The notes beneath the pieces were generated by a model. It saw only the letters and a list, made by a program, of their open reading frames with translations. It made no database searches and was not told the origin of the DNA. Of a stretch of DNA of 64,000 bases, positions 20,421-31,558 are shown in pieces. The stretch is taken from positions 60,196 through 124,195 of the forward strand of contig CBDAUJ010000003.1 of NCBI GenBank assembly GCA_965200545.1. Direction: 5' to 3'. Source of the DNA: Arenicellales bacterium (GTDB taxonomy: Bacteria; Pseudomonadota; Gammaproteobacteria; Arenicellales; JAJDZL01). Numbering within the stretch: position 1 is the stretch's first letter; each line of letters opens with the position of its first letter. Made by a program: the position numbers and the translations under genes.

Positions 20421-22406
20421 TCAATCATGAGTGCGATCAGGCAGATCGCAGGCGGCAGTGACCGTGATTTTTGATTCGATGAACAGCTTGCGTCCGCCGA
20501 TGCCGTTCACGATCACATCCGAGCGATCCACCTTGATATCCGACAGCGCGCTGTTTTTCGACTTAGCCCGCTCGAATGCGAGGTCTCTGAGATTCTCAGT
20601 CAAGGCGCTTGCCGCCAATTCAAGGTCTGGGAAATCCTGAATGCCGCCATGCAGGTGCGCTCGATAGATGCCCTCATCGGGAGCGGTAATCAATCCGCAT
20701 ACTCGCTGCATGATGCTGCCAGCGGCAGCGCCGACTGCATTGCCGACTTCTGAATGTTTTGCGATCGCTAGATCTGTGTTCAGCTTCTTGGCAATCTGCG
20801 GATAAAATGACTGAGCCGGAGCTCCGACTGCGGACAGTGTTTTGGCGAGGCTGAACGTTACGCCGAGCATGCTGGCCTCATTCGCTCTGAGCCCTTTTTG
20901 CAGCAGATAAGAACCGATTTGTCCGGCTTGCACATGCGGTGCTTCGGTTGCAATCACAGCTCGGATTAGAGCTTGGGCCGATTGATGGATCACGGCCTCA
21001 ATGACACACTGGCAAAACTCTTCCGCCTGCTTCCAGCGCACAGGCGCGTTGCGTTCGAATCCTCGAACCCACATCTGAGCGGCATATTCAGCCCCCTGGC
21101 TTGACCATTTGTCCATTTTACCCAGCACATGCAGCGCATCGGTCGGTGTAAAAGATGCCAGCTGTACCAGATCTAGTTGACGCAGCCGCTCAAAGGCGCG
21201 CGTCATCTTTGAGTCGCTGAAAACGGTATAGCAATCGGCTGGCCCTGACTTCAGCGTCTGCCAAAGCGCCTGATCGCTTCTCGCTAGACTGCTGATCTCT
21301 TCGGAGCTGCGCCGGCGCAGCAGAAAACTTCCTTGATGCGGCTGCGGCGGCTGTGCAAGCTGGTCTTTGAGAACTTCAAGAGCCTGCGGCCACTGCTGGC
21401 AGAGCGCCGAGATAGGCACGCATCGGTTGGGTCCGATCCGCAAGTCCTTGTCGACCCGCACCTGACTGTCGCCGCCGATGCCGCTGGTGTGAATGTCAAC
21501 TGCCTCAACAAAAGTTCGAAAGCCGCCGACCTGCGCTCCATGGCGGGTGACTGCCGGCGCGCCCTGGTGCAAGACTGCTATATCGGTCGTCGTGCCGCCG
21601 ATGTCAGCGACAACGCCGACATCCGACTCGGTCAAAGTGCAGGCACCGACAATGCTGGCGGCCGGTCCCGACAGAACCGTCTCGACCGGCCGGTCGATTG
21701 CCACCTCAGCGCTGATCATTGAGCCATCGCCTTTGACTACCATCACCGGCGCATCAATGCGGCGAGCTGCGATCTCGACATCAATCGCCTCGATCAATTC
21801 CTTGATCGGGGCAATCAATCGGGCATTGAGGACCGCAGTCACTGCGCGGCGCGGCGCATCAAGATTTGCCGTCAGCTCAAAAGTGCAGGTGACTGGCTTA
21901 TCAGTCAGTTCACGCACTAGATTGCGTACAGCCAGCTCATGCCCGGTATTGCGCACCGAAAACATGCCGGCGACTACAAACGCGGTTACTGCAGGGGCAT
22001 GCTCAAGAATCGACTGTCTGGCAAATTCAATATCCAGCGGCTCGTTTTCGTCACCATGAGCGGTATGTCCGCCGCGAATCAAGGCAACTGGATCATCGCG
22101 CAATGCCGTTTTGAGCTGCGTGCGCTCGAGTGAGCGCGCGTCATGTCCGATCAGCAGCAGGCAGATGGTGCCGCCGCGCCCCTCGACAATAGAATTTGTG
22201 GCCAAGGTTGTCGAGACTGCAACCGCTTCGACGCATTGCGCCAGCGGCTGCTCTGGGCTGTCGATCTGATCGATAACATCGCGTATGCCGCCGATCAGAT
22301 TGTGATGAGTCGTCAGGGATTTGGCGAATTTGATGACAGCGCTTTTTTTGCTGTCGTAGAGCACTGCATCTGTAAATGTTCCGCCTGTATCGATGCCAAG
22401 ACGCAT
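20421..22406 (-). CDS. Hydantoinase/oxoprolinase A-family protein
   Basis: LGIDTGGTFTDAV, STTLATNSIVEG, LSGPAAS, DIGGTTTD and GIGGDS. Confidence 0.9.
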   Translation of the reverse strand: MRLGIDTGGTFTDAVLYDSKKSAVIKFAKSLTTHHNLIGGIRDVIDQIDSPEQPLAQCVEAVAVSTTLATNSIVEGRGGTICLLLIGHDARSLERTQLKTALRDDPVALIRGGHTAHGDENEPLDIEFARQSILEHAPAVTAFVVAGMFSVRNTGHELAVRNLVRELTDKPVTCTFELTANLDAPRRAVTAVLNARLIAPIKELIEAIDVEIAARRIDAPVMVVKGDGSMISAEVAIDRPVETVLSGPAASIVGACTLTESDVGVVADIGGTTTDIAVLHQGAPAVTRHGAQVGGFRTFVEAVDIHTSGIGGDSQVRVDKDLRIGPNRCVPISALCQQWPQALEVLKDQLAQPPQPHQGSFLLRRRSSEEISSLARSDQALWQTLKSGPADCYTVFSDSKMTRAFERLRQLDLVQLASFTPTDALHVLGKMDKWSSQGAEYAAQMWVRGFERNAPVRWKQAEEFCQCVIEAVIHQSAQALIRAVIATEAPHVQAGQIGSYLLQKGLRANEASMLGVTFSLAKTLSAVGAPAQSFYPQIAKKLNTDLAIAKHSEVGNAVGAAAGSIMQRVCGLITAPDEGIYRAHLHGGIQDFPDLELAASALTENLRDLAFERAKSKNSALSDIKVDRSDVIVNGIGGRKLFIESKITVTAACDLPDRTHD

Positions 22407-22569
22407 GAGGTGCCCAGCAGACTATGGAGATTTACGGGTGGGGGTCAAACCGGCAACAATGGCTTTTTCTGATCTTTTGGCTGAGGCTTGATGAATCCCC
22501 ACTGACTTGAGCCAAAGCCGGTCAGGGCATCTGCACACTGCTTTCGAGCACCGCGTCTCAATCAGTCAG

Positions 22570-25236
22570 CTAAACCGTTGTGGGATCAGGTTTCGCGGTG
22601 TCAATGCCCAATGTTTGGAAAGCTTTTTTGAGCTCCGCCTTCTTGACTTGACCTTCATTGGCCAGCGCTTTCAGCGCAGTGGCTGCGATATGCTGACAAT
22701 TCACCTCGAAAAAAGCCCGCAGATTCGCGCGTGTATCAGAACGCCCGAAGCCGTCGGTACCAAGCACATAGTAACTGCGCGGCACGTATGCTCGAATCTG
22801 ATCAGCATAGATCTGCATGTAGTCAGTGGCGGCAATGACGGGTCCCTTGGTCTCGGCCAGACACTGCTCGACATAGCTGGTTTGGGCATTATCGTCTGCA
22901 TTGAGACGGTTGAGCCGCTCGACCCGCTGCCCGTCCCGCGCCAGCTCGTTGAAGCTCGTTACGCTCCACACGTCCGCCGCAATCGAGTAGTCTGCTTCCA
23001 GCAAGGCGGCCGCTTTTTCAACTTCACACAAAATGGTCCCGCTGCCAAGCAGCTGCACACGCTTGGCGCTTCTGCGCTTGGATTTTCTGAGCTGATACAT
23101 GCCCTTTACGATGCCGCTTTCGACCCCTTTGGGCATCGGCGGATGAGCATAATTCTCATTCATGCAGGTAATGTAATAATAGACGGCCTCGTGTTCTTGG
23201 AACATGCGGCGCAGGCCATCATGGATAATGACGGCGAGCTCATATACGTAAGCCGGGTCATATGAGACACAGGTTGGAATCGTTCTAGCCAGAATATGAC
23301 TGTGTCCATCTTGATGCTGCAGACCTTCACCAGCTAAAGTGGTCCGGCCGGCTGTGCCGCCCATCAAGAATCCGCGAGTCTTGATGTCTGCTGCCGCCCA
23401 GGCCAAATCACCAACTCGCTGAAACCCGAACATTGAATAGAAGATGTAGAACGGAATCATGTTGACATTGTGATTGCTCAATGCAGTGCCGGCAGCGATC
23501 CAGGAAGAAAAGGCGCCGGCTTCATTGATGCCTTCCTGAAGCACTTGTCCATCCTTGGATTCGCGGTAAAACATCAGCTGATCAGCATCTTCGGGCTCAT
23601 ACAGCTGTCCCAGAGGCGAGTAAATGCCAATTTGCCGGAACATGCCTTCCATGCCGAAAGTTCTTGACTCGTCCGGCACGATCGGCACGATATTCTTGCC
23701 GATATTCTTGTCGCGCAGCAAGCTGGCGAGAATGCGCACAAAGCCCATCGTCGTGGAGATCTCCCGCTCTCCAGTACCCTCCAGCTGACTTTTCAAGATG
23801 CTCAAGTCTGGTATGTCGAGTCGCTGCTCGAGATTGCGTCGCACCGGCAGCGAGCCGCCGAGTTTCTTGCGCTGGTTGCGCATATACTGAATCTCAGGGC
23901 TGCCATCGACTGGGCGGTAAAATGGTGTACGGCTGATTTCCTCATCGGAAATCGGAATATTGAAACGATTGCGGAACGAAATCAGCGCGTCCTCGCCGAT
24001 TTTTTTCTGCTGATGCGTGATATTCTGGCCCTCGCCCGCTTCACCCATGCCGTAGCCTTTGACCGTCTTGGCAAGGATGACAGTCGGCTGTCCGGTATGC
24101 TTGACAGCTGCGGCATAGGCGGCGTAGACCTTGTGCGGGTCATGGCCGCCTCGATTCAGGCGCCAGATGTCCTCATCGGTCAGATTGGCGACCATTTCTT
24201 TGAGTTCCGCATATTTGCCAAAGAACTTTTCGCGGGTATAGGCGCCGCCTTTCGCCTTGAATGCCTGAAATTCGCCGTCAACGGCTTCTTCCATGCGTTT
24301 TTGAAGCAGCCCTTTAGTGTCGCGACTGAGCAGGGGATCCCAGTACGAGCCCCAGATGAGTTTGATGACATTCCAGCCGGAGCCGCGAAAATCGCCTTCA
24401 AGTTCTTGAATGATTTTCGAGTTGCCGCGTACCGGCCCATCCAGCCGCTGCAGGTTGCAATTGACAACAAAAATCAGATTGTCGAGTTTCTCGCGGCCGG
24501 CCACAGACAAGGCGCCGATCGATTCAGGCTCATCCATCTCGCCATCACCGACAAACACCCAAACTTTGCGGTTTGAGGTATCGGCAAGGCCGCGGTTGTG
24601 CAGATATTTCATAAAGCGCGCCTGATAGATGCCCATCAGTGGCCCTAAACCCATGGAAACTGTCGGGAACTGCCAAAAGTCCGGTCGCAGGCGCGGATGC
24701 GGATATGAGGGCAGGCCCGGCTCCATAGCCTCTTGACGGAATTTAGCCAAATCATCTTCAGACAGTCGGCCTTCGAGGAACGCACGGGCATAAATTCCGG
24801 GAGCTGAATGGCCTTGGATGAAAATCAAGTCGCCGCCATGCTCTTCACTTGGTGCATGCCAGAAGTGATTGAAGCCAACATCATAAAGCGTAGCCGAGGA
24901 CGCGAAACTGGCAATATGTCCGCCAAGCTCAGTCGATGTCTGATTGGCACGCACCACGATTGCCAGTGCATTCCAGCGAATCAATGACCGGATGCGCCAT
25001 TCCAGTGCGTGGTCGCCCGCGCTTTGCTCTTCCTGGGTCAGGCCGATCGTATTGACGTACGCAGTGGTCGGGCGGTGCGGAATGCGGACGCCTGAGCGGC
25101 GGGCACGATCAATCAGTGTTTCAATCAAGAAGTGCGCTCGCTCGTTGCCTTCTCTTTCGATCACGCTCAGCAGGGCGTCAACCCATTCTTGCGTTTCAAA
25201 TGGATCTACATCTGGCAAAGTATTGGATTCTGGCAT
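22570..25236 (-). CDS. aceE: Pyruvate dehydrogenase E1, homodimeric type
   Basis: 888 aa; DVDPFETQEW, GGHIASFASSA, QFPTVSMGLGP, GDGEMDEPES and GEGLQHQDG. Confidence 0.98.
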   Translation of the reverse strand: MPESNTLPDVDPFETQEWVDALLSVIEREGNERAHFLIETLIDRARRSGVRIPHRPTTAYVNTIGLTQEEQSAGDHALEWRIRSLIRWNALAIVVRANQTSTELGGHIASFASSATLYDVGFNHFWHAPSEEHGGDLIFIQGHSAPGIYARAFLEGRLSEDDLAKFRQEAMEPGLPSYPHPRLRPDFWQFPTVSMGLGPLMGIYQARFMKYLHNRGLADTSNRKVWVFVGDGEMDEPESIGALSVAGREKLDNLIFVVNCNLQRLDGPVRGNSKIIQELEGDFRGSGWNVIKLIWGSYWDPLLSRDTKGLLQKRMEEAVDGEFQAFKAKGGAYTREKFFGKYAELKEMVANLTDEDIWRLNRGGHDPHKVYAAYAAAVKHTGQPTVILAKTVKGYGMGEAGEGQNITHQQKKIGEDALISFRNRFNIPISDEEISRTPFYRPVDGSPEIQYMRNQRKKLGGSLPVRRNLEQRLDIPDLSILKSQLEGTGEREISTTMGFVRILASLLRDKNIGKNIVPIVPDESRTFGMEGMFRQIGIYSPLGQLYEPEDADQLMFYRESKDGQVLQEGINEAGAFSSWIAAGTALSNHNVNMIPFYIFYSMFGFQRVGDLAWAAADIKTRGFLMGGTAGRTTLAGEGLQHQDGHSHILARTIPTCVSYDPAYVYELAVIIHDGLRRMFQEHEAVYYYITCMNENYAHPPMPKGVESGIVKGMYQLRKSKRRSAKRVQLLGSGTILCEVEKAAALLEADYSIAADVWSVTSFNELARDGQRVERLNRLNADDNAQTSYVEQCLAETKGPVIAATDYMQIYADQIRAYVPRSYYVLGTDGFGRSDTRANLRAFFEVNCQHIAATALKALANEGQVKKAELKKAFQTLGIDTAKPDPTTV

Positions 25237-25390
25237 CGTTTATCGTTTTCGTTGTTCGTGTTCATGAAAGCAGGCGCTGCAGTCTAGATTATCATGCGGG
25301 TGATAAAAGTGATCTCAGTTGCTTGCAATTTTAATGACAGTTATTTTATAGATTTGGCAGGTTCATGTCTCGCCTGCGGTCACGGGGGAT

Positions 25391-28225
25391 TTACAGAACG
25401 CTCAAAAGACAGCAGCCGGTATGCGAATGCGGATTGGCTGCGACCTGCTCAGGGGTGCCTTCGGCGACGACCTGACCGCCGCCGTCGCCGCCTTCGGGTC
25501 CTAAATCAATCAGCCAGTCTGCTGTTTTCAAGACTTCCAGGTTGTGCTCAATCACAATAATTGAATTGCCGCGGTCGCGCAGCTCGTGAATGACACTGAG
25601 CAGCTGCTTGATGTCCTCGAAATGCAGCCCGGTAGTGGGCTCGTCAAGCAGATACAGCGTCCGACCGGTGTCACGCTTGGACAGTTCCAGTGACAATTTG
25701 ACCCGCTGCGCCTCACCGCCGGAGAGTGTGACAGCATTCTGTCCCAGCTTGATGTAGTCCAGACCGACACGACTGAGAACTTCCAGTTTCTTGGCAATGG
25801 CAGGGACTGCGCCAAACAGCTCGAGCGCCTCGGCGACGGACAAATCAAGCACATCAGAAATACTCAGGCCGCGATAGCGGATATCCAGTGTTTCACGATT
25901 GTAGCGCGAGCCGTTGCAAGTGGTGCAGCGGACGAACATATCCGGCAGAAAGTGCATCTCAACGCGCACCACGCCATCGCCGCGACAAGCTTCGCAGCGG
26001 CCGCCGCGCACATTGAACGAGAATCGGCCGGGTCCATAGCCTCGTGTTCGTGCCTCAACCGTTTTGGCAAAGAGTCCCCGGATCAAGTCAAACAGACCGG
26101 TGTAGGTTGCTGGATTGGAACGCGGCGTCCGACCGATGGGCTGCTGATCGATGCGCACAATCTTGTCGATATTCTCCAGACCGTAGAGATTCTGATACGG
26201 CGCCGCATTGCGCTTGGTTCGGTTCAGTCGATTCGCAACCGCCGGATAAATGGTCTCATTGACCAAGGTCGATTTGCCTGATCCCGACACGCCCGTTACG
26301 CAAGTGAAAAGTCCGAGCGGCACTTTGACGGAGATGTTCTTCAGGTTGTTGCCGCGAGCCCCCTCAAGCTCCAGCATGCGGTTGTGATCGGGTATGTTGC
26401 GATGGCTGGGAACTGCAATCGATTTTTTGCCAGACAGATAAGCGCCGGTCAAAGACTGGGGACATTGGATCACCTTATTCAGTTTGCCACTGCTGATGAC
26501 CTCGCCGCCCGCCGCCCCAGCGCGCGGGCCCAAGTCGACAATGTAATCCGCATTGCGAATGGTTTTCTCGTCATGCTCCACAACAATCAGCGTATTGCCC
26601 AAGTCCCGCAATCGGTTGAGTGTATTGAGCAGTTTCTGGCTGTCGCGATCATGCAACCCGATCGAAGGCTCATCCAAGACATACGTCACGCCGACCAGAC
26701 CGGAGCCGACTTGCGAGGCGAGTCGAATGCGCTGCAGCTCACCGCCCGAGAGGGTATTGGTCGCGCGGTCAAGTGAGACATACGTCAAGCCAACGTCGAT
26801 TAGAAATTGCAGCCGCTGCCGAATATCACGCACGATTCGTGCAGCGACTTCGGCACTTTGCGAGGCATACGACATGCGGTCAAAAAGCTTGATCGCCTCG
26901 GCGATATTCAGACAGGTTATTTTGTGGATCGGCAAATTGTTGACAAACACATTGCGCGGCCCCAGCTGCAGGCGCGAGCCTTCGCAGGCCTCACAGGGCT
27001 TCGCGGTCAGATATTTCGACAGCTCATCCTTTACGGCTTCGGAATTCGATTCTTTCAGGCGTCGATCAAGATTGTTGATCACACCTTCGAATGGACGGTT
27101 GCTGTGATAGATTCGGCCGTTGCTGCCTTCGTAGCGCATTGCGATTTTTTCGTTGCCGCTGCCATACAGGATAATGCTGCGAATTTTCTGGGGCAGCTGC
27201 TCGAATGGTGTGTCGAGGTCAAACTGGTAGTGTCTGGCGACCGACTCAAGCATGCTGTAATGATACGCATGTCCGCTGTGCCATTGCGCGAGGGCGCCGC
27301 TGGACAGGCCGATGCCAGGGTTGACAATAATTTTATGCTCGTCAAAGCTGGTTGATGTGCCCAAGCCGCTGCAAGCCTCGCAGGCGCCTTGCGGGTTATT
27401 GAACGAAAAAATCCGTGGCTCCAGCTCATCCAGCACATAACCGCATTTTGGACAGCCAAATTTAGTGCTGAAAAGTTCGCCTTCGCTTTCAAGCTCGCCA
27501 TTGTCCAGAATTTCGCAGCAAGATATCAGTCCATCTGCCAGATCCGTCGCGATTTCAACGGATTCAGTCAGCCGCTGGCGAATCTGATCCGAAATAATCA
27601 GCCGATCGACGACAACATCAATGGTGTGGCGCACATTGCGGTTCAGCTGCGGCAGCTGCTCAATCTCGTATATTTTCCCGTTGATGCGCAAGCGGACAAA
27701 TCCACTTTTGCGCAGGCTTGCAATCTTGCTCTCAAATTCGCCTTTGCGGTCTCGGACAACCGGGGCAAGCAGTGCGATTTTGGCATTTGGCGGCCGCTGC
27801 AGAATTTGATCCACAATTTCGCCGATCGTTTTTGCAGACAGAACCAGCTGATGCTCAGGGCACCGCGGTTCCCCGACCCGGGCGAACAGCAGTCGCAGAT
27901 AGTCATAGATTTCAGTGACGGTGCCGACGGTGGAGCGGGGCGTAAAGCGCGCTGCCTTCTGATTGATGCTGATGGCCGGCGACAATCCTTCAATGGAATC
28001 TACATCCGGCTTGTCCATCAGCGAGAGAAACTGTCGAGCGTAGGCTGACAGCGACTCGACGTAACGCCGCTGTCCTTCCGCGTAGATCGTATCGAATGCC
28101 AGCGACGATTTGCCCGACCCCGACATCCCGGTAATGACGCTGAACTTATTGCGCGGCAGTTCAACCGAGATGTTTTTCAGGTTGTGCGTACGGGCGCGGT
28201 TGACGGTGATATTCTCTTTTTGCAT
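25391..28225 (-). CDS. uvrA: Excinuclease ABC subunit A
   Basis: HNLKN, two GxSGSGKS motifs, AEGQRRYVESLS, LSGGE signatures and zinc fingers. Confidence 0.98.
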   Translation of the reverse strand: MQKENITVNRARTHNLKNISVELPRNKFSVITGMSGSGKSSLAFDTIYAEGQRRYVESLSAYARQFLSLMDKPDVDSIEGLSPAISINQKAARFTPRSTVGTVTEIYDYLRLLFARVGEPRCPEHQLVLSAKTIGEIVDQILQRPPNAKIALLAPVVRDRKGEFESKIASLRKSGFVRLRINGKIYEIEQLPQLNRNVRHTIDVVVDRLIISDQIRQRLTESVEIATDLADGLISCCEILDNGELESEGELFSTKFGCPKCGYVLDELEPRIFSFNNPQGACEACSGLGTSTSFDEHKIIVNPGIGLSSGALAQWHSGHAYHYSMLESVARHYQFDLDTPFEQLPQKIRSIILYGSGNEKIAMRYEGSNGRIYHSNRPFEGVINNLDRRLKESNSEAVKDELSKYLTAKPCEACEGSRLQLGPRNVFVNNLPIHKITCLNIAEAIKLFDRMSYASQSAEVAARIVRDIRQRLQFLIDVGLTYVSLDRATNTLSGGELQRIRLASQVGSGLVGVTYVLDEPSIGLHDRDSQKLLNTLNRLRDLGNTLIVVEHDEKTIRNADYIVDLGPRAGAAGGEVISSGKLNKVIQCPQSLTGAYLSGKKSIAVPSHRNIPDHNRMLELEGARGNNLKNISVKVPLGLFTCVTGVSGSGKSTLVNETIYPAVANRLNRTKRNAAPYQNLYGLENIDKIVRIDQQPIGRTPRSNPATYTGLFDLIRGLFAKTVEARTRGYGPGRFSFNVRGGRCEACRGDGVVRVEMHFLPDMFVRCTTCNGSRYNRETLDIRYRGLSISDVLDLSVAEALELFGAVPAIAKKLEVLSRVGLDYIKLGQNAVTLSGGEAQRVKLSLELSKRDTGRTLYLLDEPTTGLHFEDIKQLLSVIHELRDRGNSIIVIEHNLEVLKTADWLIDLGPEGGDGGGQVVAEGTPEQVAANPHSHTGCCLLSVL

Positions 28226-28420
28226 GCGGCTGGATATTTCAAAGACAAAAGGGGTATGTTACATTTTGCGGATCTGCGATCTTTAACTTTGAATGCTGCA
28301 AGGTCGCGGCGCAGGCAAGAGAAACTTGCGATCCTTTGGGACCAGGCCTTACGGCTGGAAGGCCATTATCTGGCGGGTGACGGCACTCAGCCTTCAGTAT
28401 GGAACGAAGTGCGGCAAGCC

Positions 28421-29638
28421 TTAGATTTTTCGAAAGATGACGATGCGGTTGGAATTTGTGCCGGCAGTGTTGTTGGCAATCCCCCAGCAGTTCGCTGTCT
28501 TGCTAAAGTCTTGCTGATTGATCATCACGCCCAAGGTCTCAAGCGGCAATCCTTGCGCAGCGGCAATGACATGGTCTTCCAGGCAGATAGTGGCCTTTCG
28601 AGCCTCACCCACCTCGAAAGCGATATGGCCGCCCGATCGGGTGATACGCGCGAGTTCACGCAGTGTTGAGGCAACAAATGCCTGCCATTTTTCGACGCTT
28701 CCATGATGAGAAATGGCTACGTTCGCAGAATCAATCCCGATAAACCAGCATCGCAGCCAGTTATCGGTTTTGTAGTCGACAATGTTCAGAAACGGCGGTG
28801 AAGTGACAGTAAGGACGACACTTTTGTCTGCGATTGCAGGTGTATGGTCGGACTGTCCGGTGAGAAGCAGGCTGTCGGTCGCGGTCGCCGGGCCTTGTGA
28901 CAGAAGTGACTTCGATTTTTTCTCAATGATTGCGGCGACATCTCGAAACAGCGGCGTCTGGTTGCGTTTGCGGTTGATCTTGTTTTGGCGCTCAACAGTT
29001 ACCGCTTGGTTTGGCGGCAGTGTGTAGACGGAGAAAAATCCTGCTGAATGGCCTGTCAATCTGTTCGCGGCCACCATGCGTATCCAACGGTCCGTCTGCG
29101 TCAGTGAGTCTGTCTCGGCTCGGCTTAACAGCCAGTTTCGCAAGCCTTCGATGTGTGCGAGTGTCTGCGGATGAAAAAACGCCAGTAGCTGATCATTTTC
29201 GAACTGGCGAAATTCAGGCCATGGGATTTGGCTGAGGACTGTTTGGATTTCGTGGAAACTCGGCGGATTGATTCTCGGTTCAGTGAATGCGTGACTCAGT
29301 GGATTGGTGTCATTGCCGTACGGTATTCTGCCATGCAAAGCAGCTTCGATGGGCGTGGTGCCGCGTCCCATGAACGGGTCATAAACAATTTCGCCCGGCA
29401 GACTGAGGCGCTCGATAAAAAACGCCGGCAGTTGAGGCTTGAAGCAGGCTCGATAGCTGATTTCGTGAATTCGATGCGCTTGCCGCTGGCGAGCGGTCCA
29501 AAATTCGTTGACAAAATACTGCGTAGAGTTTTTCTGTTCGATTTGCGTGGGAGTTCCAGAATGTGAGAATCCAGCGAGCTCTGCCGTGAAAGCGCCGACT
29601 GGGCGGGTATCGAAGATCGAAGTTTGTGTATTCATCAT
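28421..29638 (-). CDS. Orphan amino-DNA methyltransferase, probably N4-cytosine
   Basis: Motif I YDPFMGRGTT precedes motif IV TSPPF; no neighbouring restriction endonuclease recognised. Confidence 0.85.
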   Translation of the reverse strand: MMNTQTSIFDTRPVGAFTAELAGFSHSGTPTQIEQKNSTQYFVNEFWTARQRQAHRIHEISYRACFKPQLPAFFIERLSLPGEIVYDPFMGRGTTPIEAALHGRIPYGNDTNPLSHAFTEPRINPPSFHEIQTVLSQIPWPEFRQFENDQLLAFFHPQTLAHIEGLRNWLLSRAETDSLTQTDRWIRMVAANRLTGHSAGFFSVYTLPPNQAVTVERQNKINRKRNQTPLFRDVAAIIEKKSKSLLSQGPATATDSLLLTGQSDHTPAIADKSVVLTVTSPPFLNIVDYKTDNWLRCWFIGIDSANVAISHHGSVEKWQAFVASTLRELARITRSGGHIAFEVGEARKATICLEDHVIAAAQGLPLETLGVMINQQDFSKTANCWGIANNTAGTNSNRIVIFRKI

Positions 29639-29769
29639 GCGGCGGTGATTTTACAACATGGGGCAAAATGCTTCTGAAACCACCTGGTCGTACGTAAGCA
29701 GTGAGATTCGATAGATGAATGGGCGTCAGGCAGGTCAATGCGGCCATTGGCGAATCTCGATTTTTATTT

Positions 29770-29960
29770 CAATGCAGCATCGCTTTGGCAATGTCGAGAC
29801 GCTCATCACCGCCGGGCGCATCCGCTGGAAGTGCGAGAACAAGGAATTCAACCTGTTCACCGAATACCTCGGCTTCAAGATTTGGGAGCAGTTGCTTAGG
29901 ATTGATGGCTCGGCCCCAGCAGCTCGTCGCGTTGCCACAACGAGGGCTCGACGCGCTGAG
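29770..29960 (+). mobile_element. Internally deleted DDE transposase remnant (ISNCY-like)
   Basis: NVETLITAGRIRWKCENKEFN resembles the GRxRWKIENExFN motif and is fused directly to a C-terminal-like TEYLGFKIWEQLL. Boundaries are approximate. Confidence 0.55.
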
Positions 29961-30130
29961 AGGAGCCCGAATTTTCAAAAAATAATACACAAATATCAAA
30001 TGACTTGATCCACACACCATAATTTTTCGTATACTAACCCGTAAATGTTTGTAACGTAGTAGGATGAAAATATCATCATTAATGAAGTGAATTAACTCAC
30101 CTTAAGAATAAAAACGACAAAATTTCTAAA

Positions 30131-30706
30131 TTTCTAGCACTGGCAGGATGTGTTGCATTGGTCGGTGCACTTTCCCTGTTTCCGCTGCAGGAGGCACACG
30201 CCCAATTTGTTGGTGTTGAAGTAGCCGATCCTGATCCTAATTATCAGCCGCCCAGAGCGGATGAGCCTCCTACAGAACAGCGGCGAACCGAACTATGCAT
30301 TGAGGAGTGGCATAAATCCTATGCTCATACCGAACAGCGTTGTAAAGTAAATACGATTCGCTGGGATTCATATTGGTTTAGTCCGAGCTATTTTTATTAT
30401 GATACCAGCGAAGGAACTCACATGAAGTATTCGAATTGTTCTGTGAAGGTCAAATGCACTAGTGGCAGGAAAGCGATAGGTGTTGCAAAATACAATTCCA
30501 CAATCCGTTATGAAGAGGTTAATAGACTTCGCAGATGTGAAGATCCTGGTACCGAATTGAACACGCATTGCGATCCATTGACGCCGGAAGAACTTCGTGC
30601 AGCAATCAACGAGTATTTCGATACGCTGAACCAACCGCAAGGCAGTTCCAATCAGCCAACTTATCGAAGTTCAAGTTCAGGTAATGATGCAGGTATGAGG
30701 AATTGA
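30131..30706 (+). pseudogene. Hypothetical secreted Cys/Tyr-rich protein (copy B); start region disrupted
   Basis: Frame FLALAGCVALVGALSLFPLQEAHA aligns with copy A. There is no in-frame ATG; ACG and a tandem AAATTTCT duplication at 30120-30135 occupy the start region. TTG at 30158 is a possible alternative start. Confidence 0.7.
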
Positions 30707-31558
30707 ATGAAGCCGCTATGCGGCAGGCAGGTCTTTCCAATGGTTTTGTATCCGAGGTCTGGCGATAATATCGTGCTGTCCCCGCTGTCAAGGCGCACTT
30801 GGTGGCGGGCAGCTTGCTCTATCGAGGATTTGCTGAATCCAAGGGAAAGTGTCCTATTTTTATTTAGTTGAGATTCTGAACGAACCGAGTTTATGGCAAG
30901 CTTTGCGAGAATGTCACTCCGCCGACTGTGATTTTCATTTGCACCCATAGCAATCCATACCGATTAAGAAAAATCAGATTCATCAAAAAAATGCAGAATT
31001 TACACTTGAAGCTGGGAAAGTGACTCGGCAGTTCCTTGACGATCATGCGGATTCCCTGCGTGGAGAAGTGGCTAAATCGAAAGGAGTCAGAAATTTCTTG
31101 CGCGATTGCGGATTGTTTGATCGGCTGGATAATCTGATTCAAATAATCTTGCCGAAGTACATCAGTTGAATTGAGCTGAATCGCAACTGAATATTTTGAA
31201 GCAAGATGAATTTTCATCAAGTGCTGTGTTCAAGGACAGCGCTTGGCTCGTGATGCATCCTCGCTAAAAGACAGACTGAATATCTGGCTGCATCATTCGC
31301 TGCAAGCCGGTAAGAAAGGGTGCTCAAACTCAGATGGCATTTGTAGCGACTTGCTGTCCAGATGCAAGCAGTTCCGCAGGAGATCAGCCGGCTGTGGAGT
31401 GTGTGCAATAGACTCGTCACGACACACAGCTGCCATGTGCGGCAGCGCATCGTTCATTCTGATGAGTCGGGTGCGAGACTTTCTGGCTGCTGAGAAGTCA
31501 GTTTTGGCGTTTGCGAAACGGTCTGGCTTTTCCGAGGGGCAGGAAACTGCTGTTCATT

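Noticed and set aside
22507..28048. Long plus-strand ORFs opposite aceE and uvrA (and similar ones opposite dnaB, glnD and map)
   Set aside because: These are antisense shadows of conserved genes with no motifs of their own.
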